This document shows, piece by piece, positions 50,669-60,527 of a stretch of DNA of 64,000 bases. Positions within the stretch are counted from its first letter, which is position 1. Every line of letters begins with the position of its first letter. The stretch spans positions 9,190 to 73,189 of the forward strand of contig JAYNHH010000009.1 of the NCBI GenBank assembly GCA_038107835.1, given 5' to 3'. The notes beneath the pieces are model-generated. The model was not told the origin of the DNA and did not search any database. It was given only the letters and a program-made list of their open reading frames with translations. Both the position numbers and the translations under genes were made by a program. Origin of the DNA: Alphaproteobacteria bacterium (GTDB lineage: Bacteria; Pseudomonadota; Alphaproteobacteria; Puniceispirillales; Puniceispirillaceae).

Positions 50669-51184
50669 ATGACAAACCGCCGAGACATTGAGCGCTTTCT
50701 GCGTGTGGACCATGCGGGTGAACGCGCTGCCCAACAGATCTACAAGGGTCAGCTGGTCGTGTTGCGCAATCACAGCTCAGGTGAAGAGATCCAGCATATG
50801 ATGGAGCAGGAGATCGAGCATCTGGAGACCTTTGAGGCGCTGTTGAATGAGCGGCAGGTACGCCCCTCTGTTCTGGACCCTGTCTGGGGTGCCGCCGGCT
50901 TTGCACTGGGCCTTGTCACCGCAAGCATGGGGCCAAAGGCAGCCATGGCCTGCACCATCGCGGTAGAAGAGGTCATCGGCGACCATTATGCCAAGCAGGC
51001 AGAACAGCTTGGTGAGGATGAGGCAGATCTGCACAGGACCATTTCACGCTTCCGTGACGAGGAACTTGAGCATCGTGACATTGCTGTCTCGCATGATGGA
51101 CGGGAGGCCCGGCACTACCGGATTCTGAAGAATGTGATCCAGACCGGGTGCCGCGCCGCGATCAAGGTCGCAGAGCGTTTTTAG
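50669..51184 (+). CDS. coq7: Demethoxyubiquinone hydroxylase (Coq7 family)
   Basis: 171 aa di-iron carboxylate protein. LRVDHAGERAAQQIY, EQEIEHL, VEEVIGDHY and DEELEHRD repeats (ExxH). Confidence 0.88.
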   Translation: MTNRRDIERFLRVDHAGERAAQQIYKGQLVVLRNHSSGEEIQHMMEQEIEHLETFEALLNERQVRPSVLDPVWGAAGFALGLVTASMGPKAAMACTIAVEEVIGDHYAKQAEQLGEDEADLHRTISRFRDEELEHRDIAVSHDGREARHYRILKNVIQTGCRAAIKVAERF

Positions 51185-51759
51185 GCATCATCCTGCTGCA
51201 ACTCACTATCCCAATAGAGATAGTCCCGCCAGGATTCATGCAGGTAGTTCGGCGGAAAACCACGGCCATTTTCCTGTAGCTGCCAGACATTAGGTGCCTT
51301 CGGGGTGGCCAACGGGTGCATGCCGCACTGATTTGGCAATTTGTTTGCCTTGCGCAGATTGCAGGGGCCGCAAGCCGCCACAACATTCGTCCAATTGGTA
51401 CGCCCACCCTTTGAGCGAGGCACCACATGATCGAAGGTCAGATCTGATGCTGAATGGCCAGCGCCACAATATTGGCAACTGAACCTGTCCCGCAGAAACA
51501 CATTGAAACGCGTGAAGGCGGGGTTGCGTGTCTGCGGCACATATTCCTTGAGGGCGATTACCGATGGCAGGCGGATCTCCATGCTCGGCGAACTGATCCT
51601 CTGCTCATACTCGGAAATGATCGTCACCCTATCGAGACAGACCGCTTTTACCGCATCCTGCCAGGACCATAGCGACAACGGAAAGTAGTTCAATGGTCTG
51701 AAATCCGCGTTTAACACAAGTGCCGGTGCGAAACTTCCTGCGTTCATTAGACTCCCCAT
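51181..51759 (-). CDS. HNH endonuclease family protein
   Basis: FSCQYCG...LTFDHVVPRSKGGRTNWTNVVAACGPCNLRKANK (HNH with CxxC pairs). Single gene with no partner genes suggestive of a restriction or defence system. Confidence 0.8.
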   Translation of the reverse strand: MGSLMNAGSFAPALVLNADFRPLNYFPLSLWSWQDAVKAVCLDRVTIISEYEQRISSPSMEIRLPSVIALKEYVPQTRNPAFTRFNVFLRDRFSCQYCGAGHSASDLTFDHVVPRSKGGRTNWTNVVAACGPCNLRKANKLPNQCGMHPLATPKAPNVWQLQENGRGFPPNYLHESWRDYLYWDSELQQDDA

Positions 51760-51875
51760 CCCTAACCCCTGCTCGGTCTAAAGCAAAACATGGGCGCTCG
51801 TGAAACACAAGTGCCTGGCACCAGATATTGGGGCTCAAACAAGCATTGCGTCAAAATGTTGCGGGGATATGGCAA

Positions 51876-52562
51876 CTAGGCCGGCAAATGCCTTGCCAGG
51901 AAATCTATCGCCGCCGTCAGGCCGTCGGGATCAATGCCATGAGCAAGGCCGGGGCGGGCAATTGTCTCAACCTCAACACCCTTTTCTTCCAGAATGGTCT
52001 GCGCCTCACGCATCAGCGCAAATGGCACCACCGGATCCTCTGTGCCATGCACAAGCTGGACAGGAGGATAGGCGATACCCGATGAGGGTGGCTGCGAGGC
52101 AGAGGTTATTGGCCCAGCCAACCTTGGCAGGGTGCTGTGCACAAGCAGGGCACCGGAAAAGCTCACTATTGCGCCGGGTTTGTCCTGCATGTGCAAACCG
52201 CAATGCAGGCTCATCATTCCACCCTGGGAAAAACCGGTCAGCGCCATCGCATTTGCTGGTAGGTTGAACTCGCTGGCCGCGCTGCCAAACGCGTTCTCAA
52301 TGGTCGGCGCAGCCGTTACAGGCCCATTTACCCGGTCGTCAATATCAAACCATTGGCGTCCTGCAGGATTCATGCTGCAGGGTTCGGGCGCATTCGGCAC
52401 AAAGAACGCTGCACCGGGAAAACGCAGTGATATCGGATAGGCCAAATCGACAAGATCTGCGCCATCCGCTCCCCAGCCGTGCAGGATAAAAATCATCGCC
52501 GATGGCGCTCCACCTCGCGCCGGTGGTGTGAAAAACCCGTTCAAATCACCAAAACTTCGCAT
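51876..52562 (-). CDS. Alpha/beta hydrolase (phospholipase/carboxylesterase family)
   Basis: IFILHGWGADGADL and nucleophile elbow GFSQGGMM, with ...VHGTEDPVVP near the C-terminus. Start re-called to MRSFGD. Confidence 0.75.
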   Translation of the reverse strand: MRSFGDLNGFFTPPARGGAPSAMIFILHGWGADGADLVDLAYPISLRFPGAAFFVPNAPEPCSMNPAGRQWFDIDDRVNGPVTAAPTIENAFGSAASEFNLPANAMALTGFSQGGMMSLHCGLHMQDKPGAIVSFSGALLVHSTLPRLAGPITSASQPPSSGIAYPPVQLVHGTEDPVVPFALMREAQTILEEKGVEVETIARPGLAHGIDPDGLTAAIDFLARHLPA

Positions 52563-52694
52563 TGCCACGGAAAAACCTCCTCTAAACACCACCGCCCATT
52601 GTTCCGGAGATGGGTAGAATGGCACCCAGACCCAAGACATTTGACATTTTTTTTGTGCCAGTTACGACTAAAAGCCATAATCATTCTGTGACAG

Positions 52695-53540
52695 GTGACC
52701 ATGACGCAGCCATCACCGGCATACACACGCTTTGCACCAAGCCCAACAGGCGAACTCCATTTAGGACACGCCTTTTCAGCCTGTTTTGCAGCCCGGGCCG
52801 GGGGCGGACAGTTCATCCTGCGGATTGATGACATCGATCATACCAGATGCAAACCAGCCTTCACCGAACAGATATTTGACGATCTGGCATGGCTTGGCCT
52901 GCAATGGCGGGAACCGGTAAGCTATCAGTCAGACAGGCTTGATGCCTACAAGGAGGCGCTGGAGACGCTGGCAAAAATGGATCTTGTCTACCCCTGCTTT
53001 CTCAGCCGTACGGAAGTCAACGCTCTGCTGTCAGCACCACAGGACACTGGCACCGCCAAAGCCAGCATGCAGGGGGCGATTCCCGCGGCTGAGAGACGGC
53101 GGCGCGAGAATAGTGGCACGGCACCAGCATGGCGGCTGCGCACGGCAGCAGCCCTTGAAGAGGTGGGAGAAGTGACCTGGCATGATGTGGCAGGCGACAT
53201 TGATGTCTCCATCGACATGGCCGATTTTGGTGATGTCGTCATCGCCCGCAAGGACATCGGTACATCCTATCATCTCTCGGTCGTCATAGATGACGCGATG
53301 GATGGCGTTACACTCGTCACACGGGCAGAGGACCTCAAGGCCAGCAGCCATCTGCATCGCCTGTTACAGGCATTGCTGGGCCTTGGCACACCAGATTATC
53401 TGCACCATCGGTTGTTGACCGATTCCATCGGGCGGCGGCTTGCAAAACGCGACAAATCAACAAGTATTGCAACGCTGAGACGTGATGGCCACACTGCCGA
53501 TGCAGTTCTTCGCATGATGCCGGAAATCACCATTCCATAA
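52695..53540 (+). CDS. gluQ: tRNA glutamyl-Q(34) synthetase
   Basis: 281 aa truncated GluRS-like protein. RFAPSPTGELHLGHA (HIGH), ...YHLSVVIDD... and KLSKR-like (RLAKRDKS). Confidence 0.88.
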   Translation: MTMTQPSPAYTRFAPSPTGELHLGHAFSACFAARAGGGQFILRIDDIDHTRCKPAFTEQIFDDLAWLGLQWREPVSYQSDRLDAYKEALETLAKMDLVYPCFLSRTEVNALLSAPQDTGTAKASMQGAIPAAERRRRENSGTAPAWRLRTAAALEEVGEVTWHDVAGDIDVSIDMADFGDVVIARKDIGTSYHLSVVIDDAMDGVTLVTRAEDLKASSHLHRLLQALLGLGTPDYLHHRLLTDSIGRRLAKRDKSTSIATLRRDGHTADAVLRMMPEITIP

Positions 53541-53696
53541 CACCTATTTTTTGTTATAAAAAACATAGCATTAGCATCCAGGTACCAGGCACTGCCTCAC
53601 GCTGGCCGCAGCTCACGGAAATGTTACCTGAGTTTCGTGCAAAAAATGGGTCAGTGGGGTTGACTAAAATGACGGCAAGGCTCATATACCTCGCAA

Positions 53697-53763
53697 TACA
53701 CACATTTTTGGTGTGCGTTTCCTCCCTAAACTCGGCCGTGGGTTCGCCCACGGTCTTTTTTTT
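53697..53763 (+). ncRNA. Candidate small RNA (hairpin, CU-rich single strand, intrinsic terminator)
   Basis: Putative -35 TTGACT (53660-53665) and -10 TATACC (53685-53690). Hairpin CACAC-AUUUUUG-GUGUG (53699-53715), unpaired CGUUUCCUCCCUAAACUC (53716-53733), then the terminator at 53734-53763. No plausible ORF ends here. The 5' end is inferred, not observed. Confidence 0.4.
53734..53763 (+). terminator. Intrinsic terminator with UUCG tetraloop
   Basis: GGCCGUGGG-UUCG-CCCACGGUC (9 bp including one G-U) followed directly by eight U. It lies 194 nt past the gluQ stop and 159 nt before the moaA start. Confidence 0.8.
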
Positions 53764-53921
53764 GCAAAAAATATGGATGTGCATCCCGCCGCCAGCGCCG
53801 GAAATGTGAGAGGATCATGCGAGCCTGCCGTCGCCCCGGCAAACCTGCGACATCGGATAACTTGCCAGCCCCTTAGTTACCCTCTAGCATTTTGATGTAA
53901 ACAGTTTTTACCGCCGGAGAA

Positions 53922-54965
53922 ATGGGTCCACTTCCTATGCTGAATCCTGAAAACAACGCCGACAAACAAACCAAGCTGATCGACCCGTTCGGTAGAACCG
54001 TTGACTATCTGCGGGTATCTGTGACTGATCGTTGTGATTTCCGGTGTGTGTATTGCATGGCCGAGGAGATGACATTTCTGCCCAAGGCCGATTTGCTGAC
54101 CCTCGAGGAACTGGACGTGATGTGCCGCAGGTTCATGGCAGCTGGCGTTCGCAAAATCCGCCTGACGGGGGGTGAGCCACTTGTCAGACGAAACATCATG
54201 CAGTTGATCGAAAGCCTCGGCAGCGAGGTGAAGGCCGGCAATCTGGACGAGTTGACAATCACCTCCAACGGCAGCCAGCTCTCGAAAATGGCTGGCGACC
54301 TTGCGGCAGCCGGTGTCCGCCGGATCAATGTGTCAATCGATACACTCGATCCGGAAAAATTCCGTCGGGTAACGCGATGGGGCGATCTGGACAAGGTGCT
54401 TCTGGGGTTGGAGGCAGCCAAAGAGGCCGGTCTCGACATCAAGATCAATGCCGTCGCACTGCGTGGTGAAAATGATGATGAACTCGGCGATATGCTGGCC
54501 TGGTGTGGGGAGCAGGGCTTCGACATGACAATCATCGAGGTCATGCCCATGGGCGATATCGGCACTGAAAACCGGCTTGATCAATATCTGCCGCTGTCGC
54601 GTGTTCGGGCCAGTTTGGCACAGCGCTTTACCCTGACGGACATTCCCTTCCGCACAGGTGGCCCCGCCCGCTATGTGACGGTTGAGGAGACAGGACAAAA
54701 GCTGGGTTTCATCACCCCACTTACCCATAATTTCTGTGAGAGTTGCAACAGGGTCAGGGTTACCTGCACCGGTCAGCTCTATATGTGCCTTGGTCAGGAC
54801 GATAATGCCGATTTGCGCGCCGCGTTGCGCGAGGGTGGAGCTGAGGCTCTTGATGCCTCTATTTACGAGGCGATTGGCCGCAAGCCAAAAGGCCATGACT
54901 TCATCATCGACCGGCGCCAGTCAGGGCCAGCTGTCAGCCGTCATATGAGTGTGACTGGCGGTTAG
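53922..54965 (+). CDS. moaA: GTP 3',8-cyclase (molybdenum cofactor biosynthesis protein A)
   Basis: Radical-SAM [19 protein letters not shown]-terminal [23 protein letters not shown] 53937 is an alternative start. Confidence 0.95.
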   Translation: MGPLPMLNPENNADKQTKLIDPFGRTVDYLRVSVTDRCDFRCVYCMAEEMTFLPKADLLTLEELDVMCRRFMAAGVRKIRLTGGEPLVRRNIMQLIESLGSEVKAGNLDELTITSNGSQLSKMAGDLAAAGVRRINVSIDTLDPEKFRRVTRWGDLDKVLLGLEAAKEAGLDIKINAVALRGENDDELGDMLAWCGEQGFDMTIIEVMPMGDIGTENRLDQYLPLSRVRASLAQRFTLTDIPFRTGGPARYVTVEETGQKLGFITPLTHNFCESCNRVRVTCTGQLYMCLGQDDNADLRAALREGGAEALDASIYEAIGRKPKGHDFIIDRRQSGPAVSRHMSVTGG

Positions 54966-56152
54966 GACGCGCTTGCCGCCCGGCGCAAATGAACGCTCAG
55001 CCAGACAAGGCCGATGGCAATGATCAAGGTTGGAACGGTTGCGGCAAGAATCATTGCCTGCCACCCCATCTGGCTATGCAGCGCCCCCGCAGTCAGCGAT
55101 GAGGCCGCGACGGTTGAGGTCAGCACCAGATCAGCAAACCCCTGCACCCGGCCACGTTCTTCTGGCAACGCCACTCTGGCTATCAGAGAACTGCCCCCGA
55201 TATACAGAAAATTCCAGCCGAGACCGACAAGGGTCAAAGCCCACCAGTAAGGCCAGAAACCGGTAGCGTTCAACGCCGTAAAAATGGTCGCTATGTAGGC
55301 CAGCAGACCAGCCCACAGAATGCGCGAGGCACCAAAACGGGCAATCAGACTACCGGTGAAAAAGGATGGAGCAAACATCGCAACGACATGCCACTGAATG
55401 ATGGTCGCATTTGCCGAAGTGCCGAGCTTGACCACATTCACAACCTGGAGGGGTGCCGCCGTCATCATATAGCTCATCAAGCCATAACCAATCGCACTGG
55501 ACAGCATGCCAATGACAAAGACAGGCATCCGTAGAAACACCCCAATGGGCCGACCAGTGCCTGATTTGACTGCCGGTTTTGGAATCTTCAGCCCCGCAAG
55601 AAAAAGCAGCGAAATCAACTGAACAGCACAGACCGTGAAAAAACAGCCGGCATAAACAGCATCGGGAAGGATATCGACGGTGTTGCGGGCGATTTCCGGC
55701 CCCAGCAACGCCGCCGCCAGACCGCCGGTCAACACATAGGAGATCGCCCGCGGTTTCTGCGCTTCATCAACACTGTCGGCCGCGGCATAGCGGTAAAACC
55801 CTGCACAGCCCATCGCAATGCCAAGCAGCATTGCCGAAAAGCAGAACAGCGAATAGCTGGCGATCATGATGGCGACACCCTGGCCACAGGCACCAAGGCT
55901 GCTGATCAGCACACCTGCAATGAAAACCGGTCGGCGGCCAAAGCGCGCCATCAGCAGGGATGCGGGAAGCGTCGTCATCATCGAGGTAAGAAACTGCAAT
56001 GACAACGGAAGTGTGGCGAGCCAGGCAACCGGCGACAACAAAGTACCAACAAGCGCAGTGTTGATAATATTCACATTCATCGTCGTCATGGACAGCGCCT
56101 GCGCCGCAGCAAGGCGCAGAACATTACCGTGGTGAGATGCTGTTTTCATCAC
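54962..56152 (-). CDS. MFS transporter
   Basis: 396 aa with about 12 helices. ARFGRRPVF loop motif after TM2. Confidence 0.75.
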   Translation of the reverse strand: MMKTASHHGNVLRLAAAQALSMTTMNVNIINTALVGTLLSPVAWLATLPLSLQFLTSMMTTLPASLLMARFGRRPVFIAGVLISSLGACGQGVAIMIASYSLFCFSAMLLGIAMGCAGFYRYAAADSVDEAQKPRAISYVLTGGLAAALLGPEIARNTVDILPDAVYAGCFFTVCAVQLISLLFLAGLKIPKPAVKSGTGRPIGVFLRMPVFVIGMLSSAIGYGLMSYMMTAAPLQVVNVVKLGTSANATIIQWHVVAMFAPSFFTGSLIARFGASRILWAGLLAYIATIFTALNATGFWPYWWALTLVGLGWNFLYIGGSSLIARVALPEERGRVQGFADLVLTSTVAASSLTAGALHSQMGWQAMILAATVPTLIIAIGLVWLSVHLRRAASAS

Positions 56153-56233
56153 GCGTCGTCCCCAGCAACAATGAGGCTGTGTTACCCCCTGCCCGCCTCA
56201 CATTCTGGAGCAGAATCACGCACGCCGGAAAAA

Positions 56234-56644
56234 TCAGTTGGATTTCAGCTTACGGCCAAAAAGTTCAAGCCGGTGGTCAACAAGCTCATACCCCATCTCG
56301 CGCGCCACCTGTTCTTTCAGCGCTTCGAGTTCAGCATGGTAGAATTCGAGAACTTCGCCGGTCTCCACATCGACCAAATGTTCGTGATGTTCTCCCGCTT
56401 CTTCATAGCGGGCACGGCCATCACCGAATTCCAGACGCTCAATGACACCAGCCTCCTCAAGCAGTTTTACCGTCCGATAAACGGTAGCAATCGAAATCGT
56501 GCTGTCCTGTTCAACCGAGCGGCGATACAACTCATCTACATCAGGATGGTCTTCAGAGTCACCAATCACAGCAATTATGATTTGCCGTTGGCTGGTCATT
56601 CGAATGCCCCTTTGCAGGCATTTGTCGAGGAGGCCGTTTCCCAT
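56234..56644 (-). CDS. irr: Fur-family transcriptional regulator, Irr-like
   Basis: MTSQRQIII...STISIATVYRTVKLLEEAGVIERLEF.DGRARYE..GEHHEHLVD..TGEV.EF...LE.LKEQVA.E.GYELVDHRLELFG. No CxxC structural-zinc pairs, as in Irr. Start re-called to MGNGLL. Confidence 0.72.
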   Translation of the reverse strand: MGNGLLDKCLQRGIRMTSQRQIIIAVIGDSEDHPDVDELYRRSVEQDSTISIATVYRTVKLLEEAGVIERLEFGDGRARYEEAGEHHEHLVDVETGEVLEFYHAELEALKEQVAREMGYELVDHRLELFGRKLKSN

Positions 56645-56861
56645 CAAAAAGAGTCCGTGTTGTCGATTTGCAAAAAAGGAGTATAGGCGCGATGCGGTCG
56701 GCAATCCACCCCGCTGAGAAGGAAAATAACCTCGCAGACCGATTGCCTTTATGCGTACACCAAAAGCACTGCCGCCCACAGCATTCTCCGAGCTTGTAAC
56801 TCCTGCCGGACAGCGCTGCATTTTGATTGACCGCAATCGTGGAAATGGTGGAGTGTGGCGC

Positions 56862-57827
56862 ATGAGTTTTGTTTCCCGCAGCCGTCATATCTCCTCAACA
56901 GCCACAGGCATCCTGCAACTTTGTGCTGGCATGCTGATCATCCCGATTCTCGATGTTTTTGCCAAACTTCTTGGTGGCAGGCTCGATCCTGTTGAGGTGA
57001 CATTGATGCGGTTCATCATGCAGGCCTGCCTGATGGCCCCATTCGTCATCTATCTGCGGCTTTGGCAAATCCCGCCAAACACGCTGCTGATACAGGCGGC
57101 TCGAGGCGTCCTGCTCGCCATTGCCACGGTTTGTTTTTTTGCTGCCTTGCAGCACCTACCCATGGCCGAAGCCATTGCCATATATTTTGCCCAGCCAATA
57201 ATCTTGACGGTCTTATCAGCCGTCTTTCTTGGTGAGACGATCAGAGCGCGGAGAATCATTGCAATCATTGTGGGAATGATCGGCACAGTGATCATCTTGC
57301 AGCCAAGTGTAATGATGTTTGGCGCGGCCGCAGCTTTCCCGCTGGGATCATCCATCGCCATGGCACTCTATATGGTGCTGACGCGCAAGATCGCCGGTTT
57401 GGTACACCCCTATCAGATGCAGTTCATCGTCGGCATTGCCGCCGTTGCGGTGCTCAGCCTCACGCTGATTGTCGGTGCCGCAATCGGGTTGCCCGGAACC
57501 GGATTTCTGATCCCAAGCACGCAGGAATTTATCTGGATTTTTGGCATGGGACTGGCGGCAACGATCGGCCATGTCTTTATCGTCTGGGCGATGGGCAATG
57601 CCCCAGCCAATGTTTTGGCACCCTTTCAATATGTCGAAATCGTTGGGGCGGCATCCCTTGGCTATCTGGTGTTCAATGATGTGCCTGCCGGAAGCACCAT
57701 GCTTGGCGTTGCAATTATTGTTTTAAGTGGAGTCTATCTGTTCCATCGGGAACGGCAGGTCAGCCTGACCAGAGCCAATAGCGGCACTGACGACAGGCAA
57801 CCGGCGTCAACCACACCCGTTCACTGA
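56862..57827 (+). CDS. DMT superfamily (EamA-like) transporter
   Basis: Ten hydrophobic helices in a two-EamA-repeat layout. Start re-called to MSFVSRS (the ORF-track start 56751 has no support). Confidence 0.8.
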   Translation: MSFVSRSRHISSTATGILQLCAGMLIIPILDVFAKLLGGRLDPVEVTLMRFIMQACLMAPFVIYLRLWQIPPNTLLIQAARGVLLAIATVCFFAALQHLPMAEAIAIYFAQPIILTVLSAVFLGETIRARRIIAIIVGMIGTVIILQPSVMMFGAAAAFPLGSSIAMALYMVLTRKIAGLVHPYQMQFIVGIAAVAVLSLTLIVGAAIGLPGTGFLIPSTQEFIWIFGMGLAATIGHVFIVWAMGNAPANVLAPFQYVEIVGAASLGYLVFNDVPAGSTMLGVAIIVLSGVYLFHRERQVSLTRANSGTDDRQPASTTPVH

Positions 57828-58615
57828 TTGGCATCACCATCATCTTTGTCGGTCGAAGACCCAGACGCCCGCGCCCGCGCCCGATAGAAACGGGCAATGG
57901 CGACTGGAATACTGACCACATACAGCGTTGTGATCACGAGATATGTGATCCAGGGCTGGGTCACCAAACCAGCCATCAGCAAACCGACTAACGCCAACAC
58001 CGGAAGCACCGTCGAGACCGGAAGTTTGAGACGTTTGCCGGCGAAGGTCGGAATCGCACTGACAGCGCCAGCACCAATCAGAACCAGCCACGCTGACACA
58101 TAGGCTGGCTCGCGAACAAAACCAAGCTGGAACTCAAGCTCGACACAAATCGGCATCAGCACCAGAAATCCAGATGCTGGCGCCGGAATGCCGGTAAAAT
58201 AATCCTTCGCATATTCAGGCGGATTCGGCAGCTCGGAGTCGAACCGGGCAAGACGAAGCGCAATCGACACCGCGTAAAACAGGGTTGCCCACCAGGCAAC
58301 ACGCCCAGAATCCTGTAAAGCCCAGAGATACAGGCACAAGGCAGGAACGACGCCAAACACCACCAAATCGGACAGGCTGTCAAGCGCGGCACCAAAGGCC
58401 GACGAGGTTTTGAAACGACGCGCTGTTCGCCCGTCAAGCGCATCAAAAACCGCCGCCAACGCCACCAGAACGATGACGCCTGCCCAGCGGCCATCAAGTG
58501 CGAATTTAAGGGCTGTCAGACCTGAGACCAGTCCGGCAACGGTAAGCATATTTGGTATCAGCCAGAAAAGGGAAACAGACCGAAATCCACGGTTCTTTGC
58601 ATGTTTCACTGCCAT
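57821..58615 (-). CDS. pssA: CDP-diacylglycerol--serine O-phosphatidyltransferase
   Basis: CDP-alcohol phosphatidyltransferase motif DALDGRTARRFKTSSAFGAALDSLSD. Follows psd. Confidence 0.9.
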   Translation of the reverse strand: MAVKHAKNRGFRSVSLFWLIPNMLTVAGLVSGLTALKFALDGRWAGVIVLVALAAVFDALDGRTARRFKTSSAFGAALDSLSDLVVFGVVPALCLYLWALQDSGRVAWWATLFYAVSIALRLARFDSELPNPPEYAKDYFTGIPAPASGFLVLMPICVELEFQLGFVREPAYVSAWLVLIGAGAVSAIPTFAGKRLKLPVSTVLPVLALVGLLMAGLVTQPWITYLVITTLYVVSIPVAIARFYRARARASGSSTDKDDGDANQ

Positions 58616-59322
58616 CAGCGTTCACTCATCTGCGCCGGTTCAGGAATCACACCGGACATATCTGCAATGACTGTCTCACCGGCGATGGTTTTCTGACCTG
58701 CCAGCACAGGCACCGGCATACTCGCCGGCACCCACACATCAACTCGGCTACCAAAACGGATAATTCCGAATTGCTGGCCAACCGACAAGTGATCACCAAC
58801 GGCCGTCTCCAGCAGGATTCGACGCGCGACAAGCCCGGCGATCTGCACCACGCCGATACTCTGGCCATCCTGACATCGCAGGACCATATTCTGCCGCTCA
58901 TTCTTTTCAGACGCCTTGTCCAGACTGGCATTGAGAAACTGCCCCCTGTGATAGCTTGTGGCCACCACCTCACCCGAGACTGGCGCTCTGTTCACATGCA
59001 CGTCAAACACGTTCATGAAAATGGAAATGCGTCGCCACTCGCCAGCGGGCAAATCAAGATCATCAGGTACGGCGACAACGCCAGTCGATAAGACCCGCCC
59101 ATCGGCGGGCGCGATAACCAGATTGTCGGTAACAGGTGTTGTCCGTTTCGGATTTCTGAAGAAATAAATACACCACAGGCAGAGCAGCGTTCCCGGCAGA
59201 ATGAAGGGCTGCCAGTAATAGCTGATCAGCAGGCTGGCCAGAACAAACAGAAAAATGAAAGGCCATCCCGCAGGATGAACCGGTACCAGAACCTCTTCCG
59301 TCACGCTTTTATAGATATTCAT
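58615..59322 (-). CDS. psd: Phosphatidylserine decarboxylase proenzyme (short form)
   Basis: 235 aa. PADGRV, FMNVFDVHVNRAP and self-cleavage region IIRFGSRVD. Confidence 0.9.
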   Translation of the reverse strand: MNIYKSVTEEVLVPVHPAGWPFIFLFVLASLLISYYWQPFILPGTLLCLWCIYFFRNPKRTTPVTDNLVIAPADGRVLSTGVVAVPDDLDLPAGEWRRISIFMNVFDVHVNRAPVSGEVVATSYHRGQFLNASLDKASEKNERQNMVLRCQDGQSIGVVQIAGLVARRILLETAVGDHLSVGQQFGIIRFGSRVDVWVPASMPVPVLAGQKTIAGETVIADMSGVIPEPAQMSER

Positions 59323-59456
59323 CTCGTTCTTCGCCTGTATGTCGCACCAGATCCCCTGAAATGGCTTGAATTCATCGATTCACAGCCGTTTTGATACACC
59401 CGTCGCCCAGCAAATGGAAGCCTCTTGACTGTGATGCGTCACAGCCGGGTGTCATG

Positions 59457-60263
59457 TCATTGGGATATCAAACCACGCAGAAGCAGTTCATGGCGCTTTT
59501 CCTCGATCACCTCCTGCCTGAGACGGCGACGGGATGGCAGGCCGGCAACCTCAACCTCGCGGTCTGCAGCAGATATGGGCTGGAGTTCAGCAGCAGTTGT
59601 CACCGGGGTTATTGCAACATGTGATGGGTTTTTCTGTGGTTCCGGTGTGTAGCTGAGACGGGGCACGGTTGAGACAGGTGTGACCCGCGCTGCTGGCGTT
59701 GGATTTTTTGGCAAGCGATACAGGGCCAGTTTATCAGGCTGGTGCTTTTGAAGCGTGACGGTCGGCACCGTGCCGCTGGACCGGACAAGAAACTCATCAA
59801 CCAAGATCGCCTGCCAGTCACATGCCTCGATTTCCCAAGGCCGTTTGTGCCATTCGATCTGGTCGATTGGTGTCGGCTTGGCCCTTCACCAGCTCACAAT
59901 ATGGATTTGCCGGGCAGACATACCAGCGCCAACACGCCGCTTCTGGACACGCATGCGCCCATGACAAATCTACGATATGTGAATCATCTCATGCGCAATG
60001 ACCTCCATCGCGTCACGCATGCCGACGGAAACCGATGTTGTGAAGGCAAAGTCCGTAGGTGGCGATTGGCGCAGGAAACCGCGTTGCGGAATCATATGGT
60101 CTCTTGAAATTGGCACCCTGACTGGCTGGGCGGTGGTGTTTATGGTTACGCTCAAGCGCCGCCGCAAATGTTTTGCCAGCAGCCTGTCAGCGGCATAGGC
60201 GGCAAACACCGCCAACAATTCAGCTTCCCCCGGGCGTGTGTCCAACGAATTTATGAAAAACAT
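59457..60263 (-). pseudogene. SprT-like HExxH metalloprotease-like reading frame interrupted by in-frame TAG and TGA
   Basis: ORF-track entries 59970-60263 and 59457-59804 are in the same minus frame. My translation across the gap reads ...EVIAHEMIHIS*ICHGRMRVQKRRVGAGMSARQIHIVSW*RAKPTPIDQIEWHKRPWEIEACDWQAILVDEF... (TAG at 59970-59972, TGA at 59886-59888). A further in-frame TAG sits directly upstream of the ATG at 60263. Confidence 0.4.
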
Positions 60264-60527
60264 CTAAAAAGCCGGAACAGATAACATAAAAAACCCCGCT
60301 GAACCCATCAGGGCCAGCATTTCCAGCGCGCATAGTGCAGCCAATTAATATTTGATCTGAACAGCTCAATCAGAGACTGACATCTGCAACACCCATCACC
60401 AAATTCCAGCGCTGGGATTCGTCAGGACTATTGACCTTGATGCCTCCGCCCCGGCACTCTTGAGGAAACTACCATTTTAACATGGCGGCGATTCACCAAA
60501 ATCCGCCAAGCTAGAGGAGGCATAACA

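Noticed and set aside
51181-51759. HNH endonuclease as part of a restriction or defence system.
   Set aside because: It is a stand-alone ~190-aa HNH protein flanked by coq7 and a hydrolase, with no methyltransferase, helicase, ATPase or other partner. I recall this small HNH type as widely conserved in alphaproteobacteria (from memory, not checked).
53554-53809. ORFs 53554-53784 (-) and 53621-53809 (+) in the gluQ-moaA spacer.
   Set aside because: There is no SD, the composition is odd, and the + ORF runs straight through a strong intrinsic terminator. The region is better explained as non-coding (see the sRNA candidate).
53764-53921. Possible Moco riboswitch in the moaA leader. I also noticed the repeated CGCCGGA(G)AAATG at about 53796 and 53911 and possible AGAGG/CCUCU long-range pairing.
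   Set aside because: I could not find the conserved elements I remember from the E. coli moaA Moco motif (GCCUCC...GGAAAGG near the RBS), or a stem architecture of the right size. It cannot be excluded without a covariance-model scan (RF01055). The second repeat copy is simply the moaA SD plus ATG.
59429-59444. Inverted repeat CTGTGA-TGCG-TCACAG upstream of psd as a CRP/FNR-family site.
   Set aside because: The half-sites resemble TGTGA/TCACA, but the spacing (N4) fits neither CRP (N6) nor the FNR core sequence. A 6-bp-arm inverted repeat is common by chance.
60290-60320. Minus-strand hairpin CCCUGA-UGGGU-UCAG(C)GGG followed by a U-run as a terminator.
   Set aside because: The stem is bulged, and no minus-strand gene lies upstream within 2.6 kb that it could terminate. 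It lies in the putative degraded 5' part of the SprT-like frame.
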